From positions 1,260 through 65,259 of the forward strand of contig DASYVD010000004.1 in assembly GCA_036000545.1 (NCBI GenBank): a DNA stretch of 64,000 nt. Direction: 5' to 3'. The stretch's first letter is position 1; each line of letters opens with the position of its first letter. The notes under the pieces are model-generated. The model was not told the origin of the DNA, searched no databases, and saw only the letters and a list, made by a program, of their open reading frames with translations. Source of the DNA: Actinomycetota bacterium. GTDB lineage: Bacteria > Actinomycetota > UBA4738 > CALAEC01. The position numbers and the translations under genes were made by a program. Shown here in pieces: positions 10,363 through 19,692 of this stretch.

Positions 10363-11571
10363 CTACGACCGATAGATCCGCACTTCCGTCCCGATCGGCA
10401 TGCGCCCGGAGATCCACACCGCCGACCACATCGGAACGCGCACGCACCCGTGGCTGGCCGGATAGGTCGGTACGTCGGGCCAACCGTGCACGGCGCGCAG
10501 GCCGTCGAAGTAGCTCGGATAGTACAGGTGCCCCACGCTGTACCCATAGACCTTTCCGTGGACCCGGAACACGCCGTCGCGCGTCCACCCCTCGACCAGC
10601 CCTGTCGAGACGTGCAGGATGTTAGTGATCCGCCCGTCCTTGACCGTATAGAGGACCTGCCTCGTCTTATCGACCTCGATGTGGAAGCCCGTCGTCCGGG
10701 AACGAGCGCGGGGCCGCCGTGGGCTCACCAGCGCTCGCCAGGTCGACTCGTTCACGTACCGGACCCGAGTCCTCCCCTGCACCTTGTTGAACGCCAGCAC
10801 GGCGTCGCCCGTCCGCGTGTCGAACCGCTTGTCGAGCCCGGGCAGCTTGTAGTGGAGCTCCCGGAGGCGCGTCTCCAGATACAGCACCGTGGGGTGCCTG
10901 GATCCCGGCTCGAGATACGGCATCGGCGTGCGTCGTCGCTCCGTTCGAGCGGTCTTGGGAAGGTGGTCGTCGTCGGAGAAGCGCGTCCGAGCCCAGTAGC
11001 GGCCCGGGCGCCGGAGGGCGAACGTGGTCCGGTAGGTGGCCCCATCGACGAGCGCCACGTCACGCCGCGCAACGCGGGTCGACCCTCGGAAGAGCTCCAC
11101 GACGACTTGCTCACCGGGGTGCACAGGCCGCAACCGGCCGGCCAGCCTGGCTCTGGCGAAGAGATACACGCGCTGGATCGAGATCGAGAGGAGCGGCTGG
11201 ACCGAGACCGTGACCGGCTCGCTCTCCACCGTCTCCGGCAGGGAGTCGTCGGTCCACTCCGCGTGCAGGGTCATGTTCTGGCGCGGAGACAGCGTGGTCG
11301 TGTACGCACCCACCGCATCGGTGGTCGCCGTGGCGACCTCCACCGCATCGGCGTCCACGATTCGAATGGTCTGGCCTTCCACGACCGGTCCACCTTCCAC
11401 GGTGGGCGCGAACGTGCCGGACAGGACGACGTTCTGGCCGAACCGAACCCGGGCCGCCGACGTCTCCAGCGTGAGCGCGGCGTGTGTCGCGGCGGCGGGG
11501 CTCGCAAAGCCCGCGACGGCGAGGGCCGCGACCGTCGCGCAAAGCACGAAGCCACCCGCCCCTTTCCTCAT
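10363..11571 (-). CDS. L,D-transpeptidase (YkuD domain) with N-terminal signal peptide
   Basis: The C-terminal YkuD catalytic motif is PASHGCVRVP. The start was trimmed to MRKGAGGFVLCATVAALAVAGFASPAAA, with a GGAG RBS. Confidence 0.75.
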   Translation of the reverse strand: MRKGAGGFVLCATVAALAVAGFASPAAATHAALTLETSAARVRFGQNVVLSGTFAPTVEGGPVVEGQTIRIVDADAVEVATATTDAVGAYTTTLSPRQNMTLHAEWTDDSLPETVESEPVTVSVQPLLSISIQRVYLFARARLAGRLRPVHPGEQVVVELFRGSTRVARRDVALVDGATYRTTFALRRPGRYWARTRFSDDDHLPKTARTERRRTPMPYLEPGSRHPTVLYLETRLRELHYKLPGLDKRFDTRTGDAVLAFNKVQGRTRVRYVNESTWRALVSPRRPRARSRTTGFHIEVDKTRQVLYTVKDGRITNILHVSTGLVEGWTRDGVFRVHGKVYGYSVGHLYYPSYFDGLRAVHGWPDVPTYPASHGCVRVPMWSAVWISGRMPIGTEVRIYRS

Positions 11572-11653
11572 TCCTGCTCTCCCGGATCCGGGCCTCCGCA
11601 CCGGGCCGAGGGGCTTCTCCCCCGACCGGCCCCTGGAGGCCATCGAAGGAGAT

Positions 11654-12802
11654 TTATACGCCCCCGCCGCTCCCTTGTGGCGCTTTCGCCCGCGATTTCG
11701 TCCGGGCCCACCTCCCCCCGCTACGGCGGGGCCGAGCCAGGGCGCTTCCCGCCAGGGCGGCCACCACCGCCACGATGAGCCACAGAGCCAGGGCCCGGCT
11801 TCGAACGAACGTGATGAGCAGGGCCGATCCGGCGAGCAGCCCGCTCCACAGGTACATCAGGAGCACCGCCTGCCGATGGGAGTGGCCGATCTCCAGCAGC
11901 CGGTGGTGGATGTGCTCCTTGTCGGGGCGGGTCACCGGACGGCCCTGGCGCATCCGCCGAACGATCGCCAGGACCACGTCCACCAGGGGAACGGCGAGGA
12001 CCAACAGCGGGATGACCACCGGGATGGCCAGCGCAGCGAAGTCAGAGAAATGGGTGGGGGCGTCGGTCCTTCCCACCCCGGAGACCGTGGCCGCGGCGAG
12101 GATCATCCCCAGGAGCATGCTTCCCGAGTCCCCCATGAAGATGCGGGCCGGGTTGAAGTTGTACGGGAGGAACCCGAGGGCGGCACCGGCGGCCACGAGC
12201 GACAAGAGCGCCGCTGGCGACGGCCCGCCGAACGCGGGTTGTCCGGCGGGTGCGGCGTACAAGAAGAACGCCCCCGCGGCGATAGCCACCACGCCGGCGG
12301 CCAGCCCGTCGAGCCCGTCGATGAGATTGACCGCGTTGACCACAGCGAGCACCCACACCAGGGTGAGCGGGACGGCCAGGTCGGGACCCAGAGATACGAC
12401 TCCCAGGCCGGGGAACCAGAAGTACACGAGCTGAACCCCGTTCAGGAGCAGCAGGCCGGCGGCCAGGACCTGCCCGGCCACCTTGGCCGGCACCGGGAGG
12501 TCCCGGATGTCGTCGAAGGCCCCCACGACCACGATCACCGTGCCGGCCAGCAGCACCCCGAGGGGCTCGGAGGAACGCTCGAAGATGGTTCGGAAGGCGG
12601 GCATCAGGTAGGCGGCCCCCAAGCCCGCCAGCATGGCCATCCAGATCGCCGCCCCCCCGAGGGTGGGCGTGGGCTTCGGATGGACCTTCCGGTCCGAGGG
12701 CCGATCGATGGCTCCCAACCGGACCGCCAGGAACCGGACCACGGGGGTGGCGACCGCGGCTGCGCCGACGGTCACCAGGAAGACCGTGACGTACGCGACC
12801 AC
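11654..12802 (-). CDS. wecA: UDP-GlcNAc:undecaprenyl-phosphate GlcNAc-1-phosphate transferase (MraY/WecA/GT4 family)
   Basis: It is an 11-TM polyprenyl-phosphate sugar-phosphate transferase containing the VNAVNLIDGLDGLAAG motif. It holds the conserved rfe position next to glyA. Confidence 0.8.
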   Translation of the reverse strand: MVAYVTVFLVTVGAAAVATPVVRFLAVRLGAIDRPSDRKVHPKPTPTLGGAAIWMAMLAGLGAAYLMPAFRTIFERSSEPLGVLLAGTVIVVVGAFDDIRDLPVPAKVAGQVLAAGLLLLNGVQLVYFWFPGLGVVSLGPDLAVPLTLVWVLAVVNAVNLIDGLDGLAAGVVAIAAGAFFLYAAPAGQPAFGGPSPAALLSLVAAGAALGFLPYNFNPARIFMGDSGSMLLGMILAAATVSGVGRTDAPTHFSDFAALAIPVVIPLLVLAVPLVDVVLAIVRRMRQGRPVTRPDKEHIHHRLLEIGHSHRQAVLLMYLWSGLLAGSALLITFVRSRALALWLIVAVVAALAGSALARPRRSGGRWARTKSRAKAPQGSGGGV

Positions 12803-14059
12803 CTACGGATAGGCAGGAAACCGGGCGCAGAGGTCGCTAACCCGCTCCCGGGCCCACCGTTTCACCTCCTCGTCCTCGGGAGCGCTGATGAGCCGGCCGA
12901 TGGTCTCGGCGACCTGGTGCATCTCGAGCTCGTCCATGCCCAGGGTCGCCGGGCCGGGGGTACCCACGCGGATCCCCGATGCCGTCGCCGGGGGCAGTGG
13001 GTCGAACGGGATGGCGTTCTTGTTCAGCGTGATGCCCACCTCGTCGCACAATGCCTCTGCGTCGGCCCCGGTGATGCCGGCGGGCTGGAGGTCGACCAGG
13101 GCGAGGTGGGAGTCGGTGCCCCCCGACACGAGGCGGAGGCCCGCCTCCTGGAGGCCATCGGCCAGCGCCCGCGCCGTGCGCACCACCCGATGCGCGTAGT
13201 CCTTGAACTCGGGGGCCATGGCCTCCTTGAGAGCCACAGCCTTGGCGGCGATGCAGTGCTCCAGGGGCCCTCCTTGAAGCATGGGGAACGCCGCCTTGTT
13301 GACGGCCTTGGCGTGCTCCTCCTTGCAGAGGATCATCGCGCCGCGCGGGCCTCGAAGCGTCTTGTGCGTGGTGAACGTGACCACGTCCGCGAATGGCACC
13401 GGGTTCGGATACGCACCGCCGGCGACGAGCCCGATGAAGTGGGCCGCGTCTACGAGCAGGGTCGCACCCACCTCGTCGGCCACCTCCCGGAACGCGGCGA
13501 AGTCGATGACTCGAGGGTAGGCCGTCGCCCCGCAGATGATCATCTTGGGCCGGTGCTCCTTCGCCAGGTCCCGCACCTGGTCCATGTCGATGAGCTCGGA
13601 ATCCTTGTCCACCTCGTAGCCGATGACGGAGAACCACTTCCCCGAGAAGTTGACCGGCGAGCCGTGCGTAAGGTGGCCACCGTGGGGGAGGCTCATCCCC
13701 AGGATGGTGTCCCCGGTCTCGAGGAATGCGAAGTACGCGGCCATGTTGGCCTGGGCGCCGGCGTGTGGCTGGGCGTTGGCGTGCTCCGCACCGAACAACT
13801 CCTTGGCCCGGTCGATAGCCAGCTGCTCGGCGACGTCCACCCACCTGCAGCCGCCGTAGTACCGCTTGCCCGGCAAGCCTTCGGCGTACTTGTTGTTCAT
13901 CGTCGAGGCCAGGGCGGCCAGCACAGCCGGACTGGTGTAGTTCTCCGAGGCGATCAGTCGGATCGTGGTCCGCTCCCGCTCGAGCTCACCGGCCATGGCC
14001 TCCGCGATCTCGGGGTCCGTTTCTCTTAGCGCGTCCCAGTCGGCAACCCAGTCCTTCAC
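12803..14059 (-). CDS. glyA: Serine hydroxymethyltransferase
   Basis: It is 418 aa with [37 protein letters not shown] and the PLP-Lys region [11 protein letters not shown]. Confidence 0.9.
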   Translation of the reverse strand: MKDWVADWDALRETDPEIAEAMAGELERERTTIRLIASENYTSPAVLAALASTMNNKYAEGLPGKRYYGGCRWVDVAEQLAIDRAKELFGAEHANAQPHAGAQANMAAYFAFLETGDTILGMSLPHGGHLTHGSPVNFSGKWFSVIGYEVDKDSELIDMDQVRDLAKEHRPKMIICGATAYPRVIDFAAFREVADEVGATLLVDAAHFIGLVAGGAYPNPVPFADVVTFTTHKTLRGPRGAMILCKEEHAKAVNKAAFPMLQGGPLEHCIAAKAVALKEAMAPEFKDYAHRVVRTARALADGLQEAGLRLVSGGTDSHLALVDLQPAGITGADAEALCDEVGITLNKNAIPFDPLPPATASGIRVGTPGPATLGMDELEMHQVAETIGRLISAPEDEEVKRWARERVSDLCARFPAYP

Positions 14060-14508
14060 CTGATGCCCTCCTCAGCCTCGATGTCGGCGATCTGACGCAG
14101 CCGCGAGACATGACGGCCGCCCTCGAACTGTGTCTCCAGCCAGACCTTCACGATCTCCCTCGCAAGGGCCGGCGCCACGATCCGGGCGCCGATGGCGAGG
14201 ACATTCGCGTCGTTGTGGGCCCGGGACATCCGGGCCGTGTACAGGTCGTTGCAGAGTGCAGCGCGGACGCCCCGCACCTTGTTGGCGGCGATCTGCTCTC
14301 CCTGGCCCGAGCCCCCCAGCAGGATTCCCAGGTCGGCCTTCCCACCTCGGACGGCGCGCCCCACCTCCGCGCAGATCGGCGGGTAGTCGGTCGGCTCTTC
14401 CGAGTCGGTCCCCAGGTCCATGGCCTCATGGCCCAGCTCTTTCAGGTGCTGCTTCACGTCCTCCTTGAGCGGGAACCCCGCATGGTCCGAGCCGATCGCG
14501 ATCCGCAC
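14056..14508 (-). CDS. rpiB: Ribose-5-phosphate isomerase B
   Basis: It is 150 aa ([28 protein letters not shown]...[17 protein letters not shown]), typical of the RpiB/LacAB family. Confidence 0.85.
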   Translation of the reverse strand: MRIAIGSDHAGFPLKEDVKQHLKELGHEAMDLGTDSEEPTDYPPICAEVGRAVRGGKADLGILLGGSGQGEQIAANKVRGVRAALCNDLYTARMSRAHNDANVLAIGARIVAPALAREIVKVWLETQFEGGRHVSRLRQIADIEAEEGIR

Positions 14509-14511
14509 CGG

Positions 14512-15108
14512 TCAGCCCTCTTCCGACGCGGCCGTCCTGGCGGCTCCACGCCGGTCCCCGAAGAGTCCCACGATCACTACGTCGACGGCCGACTCGATGT
14601 CCCAGGCCACGTCGCGGTAGGCGAACAACGCGCTTCCGATCGGGTCTCGGACGTCTGGGTCTCGAACCACCGATCCGGCGACGCCTCCCCGCAGCCGGTG
14701 GGCGTCTGCGATCCGGACCACGGCAGCGTCCCGGTCGGCGTGGACCCGGATGGGCGGCAGGGATTCGAGGAGCGCTGCCAGCTCCTTCAGGGTGAACGTC
14801 TTCGGGGCCGCTTCCGGGACCAGGTCGAGCACCTCGTCGCGGTGCTCCCGAGCTAGTCCCAGGACCAGGTCCGACTCCCTGACCAGGTGCTCGCGCAGCG
14901 GGCGGGCGCGGTGCTCTTCGATCTCCAGTCCCATCTCCCGCGCAGCGATGACGGCGTTGGACGTGGCCGGATTGCCGCGCTGGGCCCATGACCCGGCGGA
15001 TACGACCGAGACGGGCAACGCGAGCTCGCGGGACCGGCTCTGGAGGAGGGCTTCGGCGACGGGAGAACGGCAGATGTTGCCGGTGCACACGAAGAGGACC
15101 GAGAGCAC
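14512..15108 (-). CDS. Low-molecular-weight protein-tyrosine phosphatase
   Basis: The N-terminal P-loop VLFVCTGNICRSP is the CX5R LMW-PTP signature. The protein has a C-terminal extension of about 40 aa. Confidence 0.8.
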   Translation of the reverse strand: MLSVLFVCTGNICRSPVAEALLQSRSRELALPVSVVSAGSWAQRGNPATSNAVIAAREMGLEIEEHRARPLREHLVRESDLVLGLAREHRDEVLDLVPEAAPKTFTLKELAALLESLPPIRVHADRDAAVVRIADAHRLRGGVAGSVVRDPDVRDPIGSALFAYRDVAWDIESAVDVVIVGLFGDRRGAARTAASEEG

Positions 15109-15235
15109 TGGGGCAGTCTAGCATCGGGCCTCTTCGCCAGGTCCGCCGCCTCACCTCCGCTCGTCGCCTGAAGTCCGGATGAAAAGGAACCGGCCCCCGC
15201 GAGGGGACCGGTTCCTTCTCCTACCGGTGCCAACG

Positions 15236-17143
15236 CTACTGTTGGCTGCTCTCACACCTCACGAAGGTGTCGGCACCAGGGCCGCCGAAGCAGCGGTCGT
15301 TGGTACCCCGCCCGCCGTCCAGGTGGTCGTTGCCCCGGCCACCGAACAGCCTGTCGTTGCCGCGGCCGCCCAACAGCGTGTCGGAACCACGGCCTCCGCG
15401 GAGCACGTCCCGGCCACGGCCGCCCCTGAGGGTGTCGGCGTTCCTGCCGCCACGCAGGTCGTCGGCGCCACGGGCTCCCCGGAGGTCGTCCGCCCCCGCG
15501 CCGCCGCGCCCGAGGTCCGCACCGGCACCCGCCAGCAGGAGGTCGTTGCCGCCCAGCCCGCTGAGGGTGTCGTTCCCACCGAACGCGCAGATGATGTCAG
15601 CCCCGGCGGTGCCCGTCAGAACGTCGGCACCGGGAGTCCCGATCACGTCGTTCCGCGGGTCCCCCTCGTAGCCGGGGCACTCCGGCGTCGGCCCCACCAC
15701 AAAGCCCGTGTCAACGTTGAGGCCGAAGAAGCACCCGTTGGTGCACGAGTCCGCCACCGCGTCGATGTTCCCGTCGCTGTTCAGGTCCACGAGCCCATTG
15801 TTGGCGGGATCGGGAGGGTTCCCGAAGCCGCATGGGTTCGTCTCCGCGGCGTTGTTCCCGAGGATGTCGGCCCCGTCCGTGGGGTCGCCGAGGCCGGCGT
15901 CGGCCGTCTGGCCGATGAGCCCGAAGTGACAGTCGTTGAAGTTGATGAACTCGTTGCCGTCGGAGTCCACCCGGCCGCCGATCGCGGACCACGCGAAGTC
16001 GGAGTCGCTGACATCGTTATTGTCCGGATCCGCCGCGTTGAACACGGTGGGCAGCGGTCCATTCGCCACCTGGAACTCCCCGTCGATGACCTCGATCAGC
16101 ACACCGTCAGCGGTACCGTCGTAGCCGCGGAGCTCACAGTCGTCGGCGCCGGTGATCGCACCGTTGCCGGCGGTGCCGTCGTTCTCCGTCGTCCAGTTGT
16201 TGCAGTCCAGGAAGCCGTCGATGATGTGGGTGTCGCCGTAGAACGCGTTCGAATCGTCGCGGCCGGTGACCGCGCCGTCACCGTTGAGGTCGGCCACTCC
16301 GCCGACGATGGTTGGAGAGAAGCCTCCGGTGAACGCATTTGCCGGAGGAGTGGGGAACGGACCGGGCTGCGCCTCCTGCACCACGCCAGTGTCGACGTTA
16401 TGGCCGAAGAAGCAGCCGTTGGTGCAGGAATCCGCGGCGGCGGTGATCTCCCCGTCGCTGTTCAGGTCGACGAGCCCGTTGTTGGCCGCATCGGGCGGGT
16501 TCCCGAACCCACACGGGTTCGTGTTCGCCTGGGTGTTCCCGAGGATGTCCGCCCCGTCCGTCATGTCGCCGGCCCCGGCGTCGACGGTCTCGCCGATGAG
16601 CCCGAAGTGACAGTCGTCGGCAGTGATCTGCTCGTTGCCGTTGGAGTCCACCCGGCCGTTGATCGTGGACCAGGCGAAGTCGGAGTCACCCACGTCGGGG
16701 TTGTCCGGATCCGACGCGTTGAACACGGTTGGCAGCGGTCCATCGCCCACTTGGAACTCGCCGTCCACGACGCCGATGGTTACCCCGTCGGCCGTGCCGT
16801 CGTACCCAATGAGCGTACAGTCATCGGCCGCTGTGATCGCTCCGTCGCCGGCGCTGCCTTCGTTCGCCGTCGCCCCCCAGGCGTTACAGTCGAGCCCGCC
16901 GTCGATGATGTGGGTGTCGCCGTAGAACGCGTTCGAGTCGTCGCGGCCGGTGGCCTCGTTGTCACCGTTGAGGTCGGCCAGTCCGTCGAAGACCGTCGGC
17001 GAGATGCCTCCGGTAAACGGCGCAGCCGCAGCCGGGCCCGCCAGCGTGAGCTGAGTGACGAACGCCATCACGAAAAGCGCGCCCAGGGCCGCTACACGGC
17101 GGCGAGCCCTTCCCGGGCGCGTGGTCGAGCGAATCAAATTCAT
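15236..17143 (-). CDS. Secreted Asp/Cys-rich calcium-binding-like repeat protein: Tat-like signal, 2 x about 229-aa tandem domains, C-terminal RTX/hemolysin-type GG repeats
   Basis: The N-terminus RPGRARRRVAALGALFVMAFVTQLTLAGPAAAAP is Tat-like. Two near-identical modules each contain DLNGDxxxTGRDD and DLNSDGxIxAxAD (dockerin/EF-hand-like) loops plus 7 Cys. The C-terminus carries at least 10 GGxGxD-like repeats (GGRGNDRLFGGRGNDHLDGGRG). A strong RBS GGAAGGAG lies 7 nt upstream of the ATG. Confidence 0.7.
   Translation of the reverse strand: MNLIRSTTRPGRARRRVAALGALFVMAFVTQLTLAGPAAAAPFTGGISPTVFDGLADLNGDNEATGRDDSNAFYGDTHIIDGGLDCNAWGATANEGSAGDGAITAADDCTLIGYDGTADGVTIGVVDGEFQVGDGPLPTVFNASDPDNPDVGDSDFAWSTINGRVDSNGNEQITADDCHFGLIGETVDAGAGDMTDGADILGNTQANTNPCGFGNPPDAANNGLVDLNSDGEITAAADSCTNGCFFGHNVDTGVVQEAQPGPFPTPPANAFTGGFSPTIVGGVADLNGDGAVTGRDDSNAFYGDTHIIDGFLDCNNWTTENDGTAGNGAITGADDCELRGYDGTADGVLIEVIDGEFQVANGPLPTVFNAADPDNNDVSDSDFAWSAIGGRVDSDGNEFINFNDCHFGLIGQTADAGLGDPTDGADILGNNAAETNPCGFGNPPDPANNGLVDLNSDGNIDAVADSCTNGCFFGLNVDTGFVVGPTPECPGYEGDPRNDVIGTPGADVLTGTAGADIICAFGGNDTLSGLGGNDLLLAGAGADLGRGGAGADDLRGARGADDLRGGRNADTLRGGRGRDVLRGGRGSDTLLGGRGNDRLFGGRGNDHLDGGRGTNDRCFGGPGADTFVRCESSQQ
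15659..17023 (-). repeat. Intragenic tandem duplication (2 x 687 nt) within the secreted repeat protein gene
   Basis: The protein modules aa 41-269 and 270-495 are about 75% identical. The antisense frame also repeats with a 687-nt offset (ORF 15936..16124 matches ORF 16623..16925). Confidence 0.75.
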
Positions 17144-17544
17144 ACCATTGCTCCTTCCGAGATCGGCACCGCGAATGGTGCCAAATCGTTACAAATGAGG
17201 CAGCGAGCCTCGGGGTCGCACCCCGCCCGGTCGCTACCCTGGAACCGCGGATGCGGTCCCTTGAGGTTCTCACAGGCCCCCAACCGGCCTCCTTTCCCAG
17301 GTTCTACAAAGCGCAGGAACGCTACCATCCCGACAACTCGGGAAACAAGACCCAAAACCCGAGGTCAGGGAGCCCCTTGCTGGCCGTCACCGGACGTGCC
17401 AGGTCGCTCCCTCATTCCTCACCCATTGATAACGACAAGGGAAGCCGAAGGTTGCTGCCAAACTGCCTTCTTTGGCCGAACATACCGAGCCGTTAGGGCA
17501 CGGCTTCAGAGAGCAGGTGCGTGGGGGGTTAGCAGCGACAAAGG

Positions 17545-18273
17545 TCAGGCGCCGACCCGGGCGTCGGGTCCCGGACCGCTCGGAGGAACCTTAGGGTTCC
17601 CAGAAAGGGCACCAAGGACCACGTCTTCACGCACACGACCCTGTTCGTCCCACGTCCGGCGGAAGCTGTCCCGGGCCCGGTGGATGAGGGCCTTCACCTG
17701 GGCTGGAGACTTTCCCAGAGCGATTCCGATCTCGCGATGGGAGAGCCCGTGGAACTCACGGAGGACCAGGGCCGCCCGCTGTTCCTGGCACAGCCGGGAG
17801 AGGAGGGCGCGGACCCGCCCCTCCTCGGCCAGGCGTTCCACCGCGTCGAAGGGGTCGTCGTCCCCCTTCGTCCCGTTGCCGGGGTCCAACGGGATAGAGA
17901 CTCCGTTTTCCACGCGGCGGGCACGTGATCGGAGAACGTCCAGGCATACGTTCGTGGCGATGCGCGCAACCCAGGCCTTCAGGTAGGTCCCATCGAACCT
18001 GGGAAGCCCCTGGAGGACCCGCAACATCGTCTCCTGGGCCGCCTCCTCGGCGTCGTCGAGGTTGCAGAGCAAGCGGCGACACACTCTGTCGGCGAGCAGC
18101 CGGTATCGTCGGTAGATCTCCGGGTACGCGGACGGATCTCCCTCATGGAACGCGGAAACGAGGTCGCTGTCGGCTGCAGACGTGGGGGCATTAGGCAGGC
18201 GATCGTCCACGACATTTCGTCGCGGCCCCCTCCTCACGTCCACCCACCGCCTCCATGGGCCCCCGGCGGACAC
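17545..18273 (-). CDS. ECF-type RNA polymerase sigma-70 factor
   Basis: The sigma-2 region reads EIYRRYRLLADRVCRRLLCNLDDAEEAAQETMLRVLQGL. The sigma-4 region reads LSHREIGIALGKSPAQVKALIHRARDSFRR. No adjacent anti-sigma gene is present. Confidence 0.75.
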   Translation of the reverse strand: MSAGGPWRRWVDVRRGPRRNVVDDRLPNAPTSAADSDLVSAFHEGDPSAYPEIYRRYRLLADRVCRRLLCNLDDAEEAAQETMLRVLQGLPRFDGTYLKAWVARIATNVCLDVLRSRARRVENGVSIPLDPGNGTKGDDDPFDAVERLAEEGRVRALLSRLCQEQRAALVLREFHGLSHREIGIALGKSPAQVKALIHRARDSFRRTWDEQGRVREDVVLGALSGNPKVPPSGPGPDARVGA

Positions 18274-18351
18274 GGCGACATCGGGAGATCGCTGCGAGGT
18301 TACTTGGTCTCGGGAATCCGAATCAAGACCCGGCGGGGACCGTCCGACGCC

Positions 18352-19683
18352 TTACGCGGAAGCCCGAACCGAAACCACCGGAGGAAGGTGCTCGACCAGA
18401 CGGCCCCAGGTCACTCCGCCGTCCGCCGACCCGAACACCTCGCCGGACTCGGCCCCGAAGAAGAGGCCCAGCGGATCTCGCCCGTCGTGGCAGAAGGCCT
18501 GCCGGAGCACGGTCAGGTACGCCTCGTCCTGAGGAAGCCCATCGAAGCGCGCTTGCCATGAACCGCCGCGGTCGCTGGTCTCGAACACGCGAACCTTCCC
18601 GTCGGGGGTCACGCGGTCGAAGTCCCCACGCAGGGGAATGACGAATGCCCGGTCGGAGTCCCTCGGGTCCACGACCAGGGGGAAGCCGAAGTCTGAGGGC
18701 AGCCCCTCCCCGATGTCCTGCCAGGTCTCACCGGCGTCGTCGGAGCGGTACACGCCGCCGTGGAACTGGAGGTACAGGGTCTCGGGCTGCACGGGAGAGC
18801 GGTGGACGTTGTGCACACACAGGTCCGTCGCACCCTCCCGGGCCTCCTCCGGCAGGTACGGTGCAACGAGCCCCTTGATCCCCCGCCGCCACGACTTGGC
18901 ACCGTCATCGGTCAGCCACACTCCTGCCGCGGAGATCCCCACCGCCATCCGGTCGGGATCGCCCGGCCACGTGGCGATGGAGTGGAGACAGAGGCCTCCG
19001 GCCCCGGGCTCCCACGTCGGCCGGCTCGGCTCCTCCCATAGGCCACGGTTGAGCGCCCAGGTCCGGCCACCGTCCTCGCTTCGGAACAAGGACGCGGGGG
19101 CGACGCCCGCCCAGAGGACGTCGTTCTCCTCACCCGGTTGGATCACCCAGATCCGCTCCACCGCGGCGCCGGCCTCCTCGGGGAAGGCCGGCCCGGACGA
19201 CTGCTCCCAGTCCTTCACTGTGGGATCGTCGGCGACGTACAGCCGCGGCCCGTACTGCCCGTGAGTGACCGATGCGAGATAGGTTCCCGAACGCCGATCC
19301 CGGATTGCGTACTCGACGGTCTGTCCGGAGAACTGCCGGGCAGCCACCTCCATCCGCCCGCCTCGCGGGCCGCGCAGGACGTACAGCCCCTTGCGGGTGC
19401 CGACCAAGAGCTCCCCGGCGTCGCTTCCCCCGGAGATCGCCCCCAGGACGTCCACCCGGTCAACCGTTGCCACGGACACGTCGAGCCCGGCGCGCTCTCC
19501 GTTCACGAACAGCTTGACGTGCTCGCGGACCGAGCCGCGTTCGTCGAGGATCCATCCCGTGAGGCGGGGGTGTGTCTCCTGGAGGCGACGAACGACTTCA
19601 CCGAGGGTCTGCCCCTCGACCTGCAGAGCGCCGTTCCCTCCGGCGAGCTCCCGAAGCGGAGATCGCAGCCGAACCGTAGTCAC
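18352..19683 (-). CDS. Fusion protein: N-terminal MoaD/ThiS-like ubiquitin-fold domain ending in Gly-Gly, plus a BNR/sialidase-like (Ycf48-like) beta-propeller
   Basis: The first 86 aa, MTTVRLRSPLRELAGGNGALQVEGQTLGEVVRRLQETHPRL...VDVLGAISGG, have MoaD/ThiS topology with a terminal GG. The remainder carries at least 5 BNR motifs (SEDGGRTW, TDDGAKSW, SDDAGETW, SDRGGSW, SADGGVTW). Confidence 0.7.
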   Translation of the reverse strand: MTTVRLRSPLRELAGGNGALQVEGQTLGEVVRRLQETHPRLTGWILDERGSVREHVKLFVNGERAGLDVSVATVDRVDVLGAISGGSDAGELLVGTRKGLYVLRGPRGGRMEVAARQFSGQTVEYAIRDRRSGTYLASVTHGQYGPRLYVADDPTVKDWEQSSGPAFPEEAGAAVERIWVIQPGEENDVLWAGVAPASLFRSEDGGRTWALNRGLWEEPSRPTWEPGAGGLCLHSIATWPGDPDRMAVGISAAGVWLTDDGAKSWRRGIKGLVAPYLPEEAREGATDLCVHNVHRSPVQPETLYLQFHGGVYRSDDAGETWQDIGEGLPSDFGFPLVVDPRDSDRAFVIPLRGDFDRVTPDGKVRVFETSDRGGSWQARFDGLPQDEAYLTVLRQAFCHDGRDPLGLFFGAESGEVFGSADGGVTWGRLVEHLPPVVSVRASA

Positions 19684-19692
19684 GTTCGAAGC

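Noticed and set aside
11036-14029. 997-aa plus-strand ORF
   Set aside because: It is antisense to wecA and glyA, which have unambiguous homology. It is a Pro/Arg/Gly-rich low-complexity translation typical of GC-rich shadow frames.
17140-17355. 71-aa minus-strand ORF between the ECF sigma and the repeat protein, considered as a possible anti-sigma factor
   Set aside because: It has no ZAS (HxxxCxxC) motif or TM segment. It overlaps the RBS and hairpin of the downstream gene. It is more likely 5'-UTR sequence.
15179-17986. 935-aa plus-strand ORF
   Set aside because: It is antisense to the secreted repeat protein and ECF sigma genes. It is Ala/Val/Arg-rich with no domain. Its internal repetition only mirrors the sense-strand tandem duplication.
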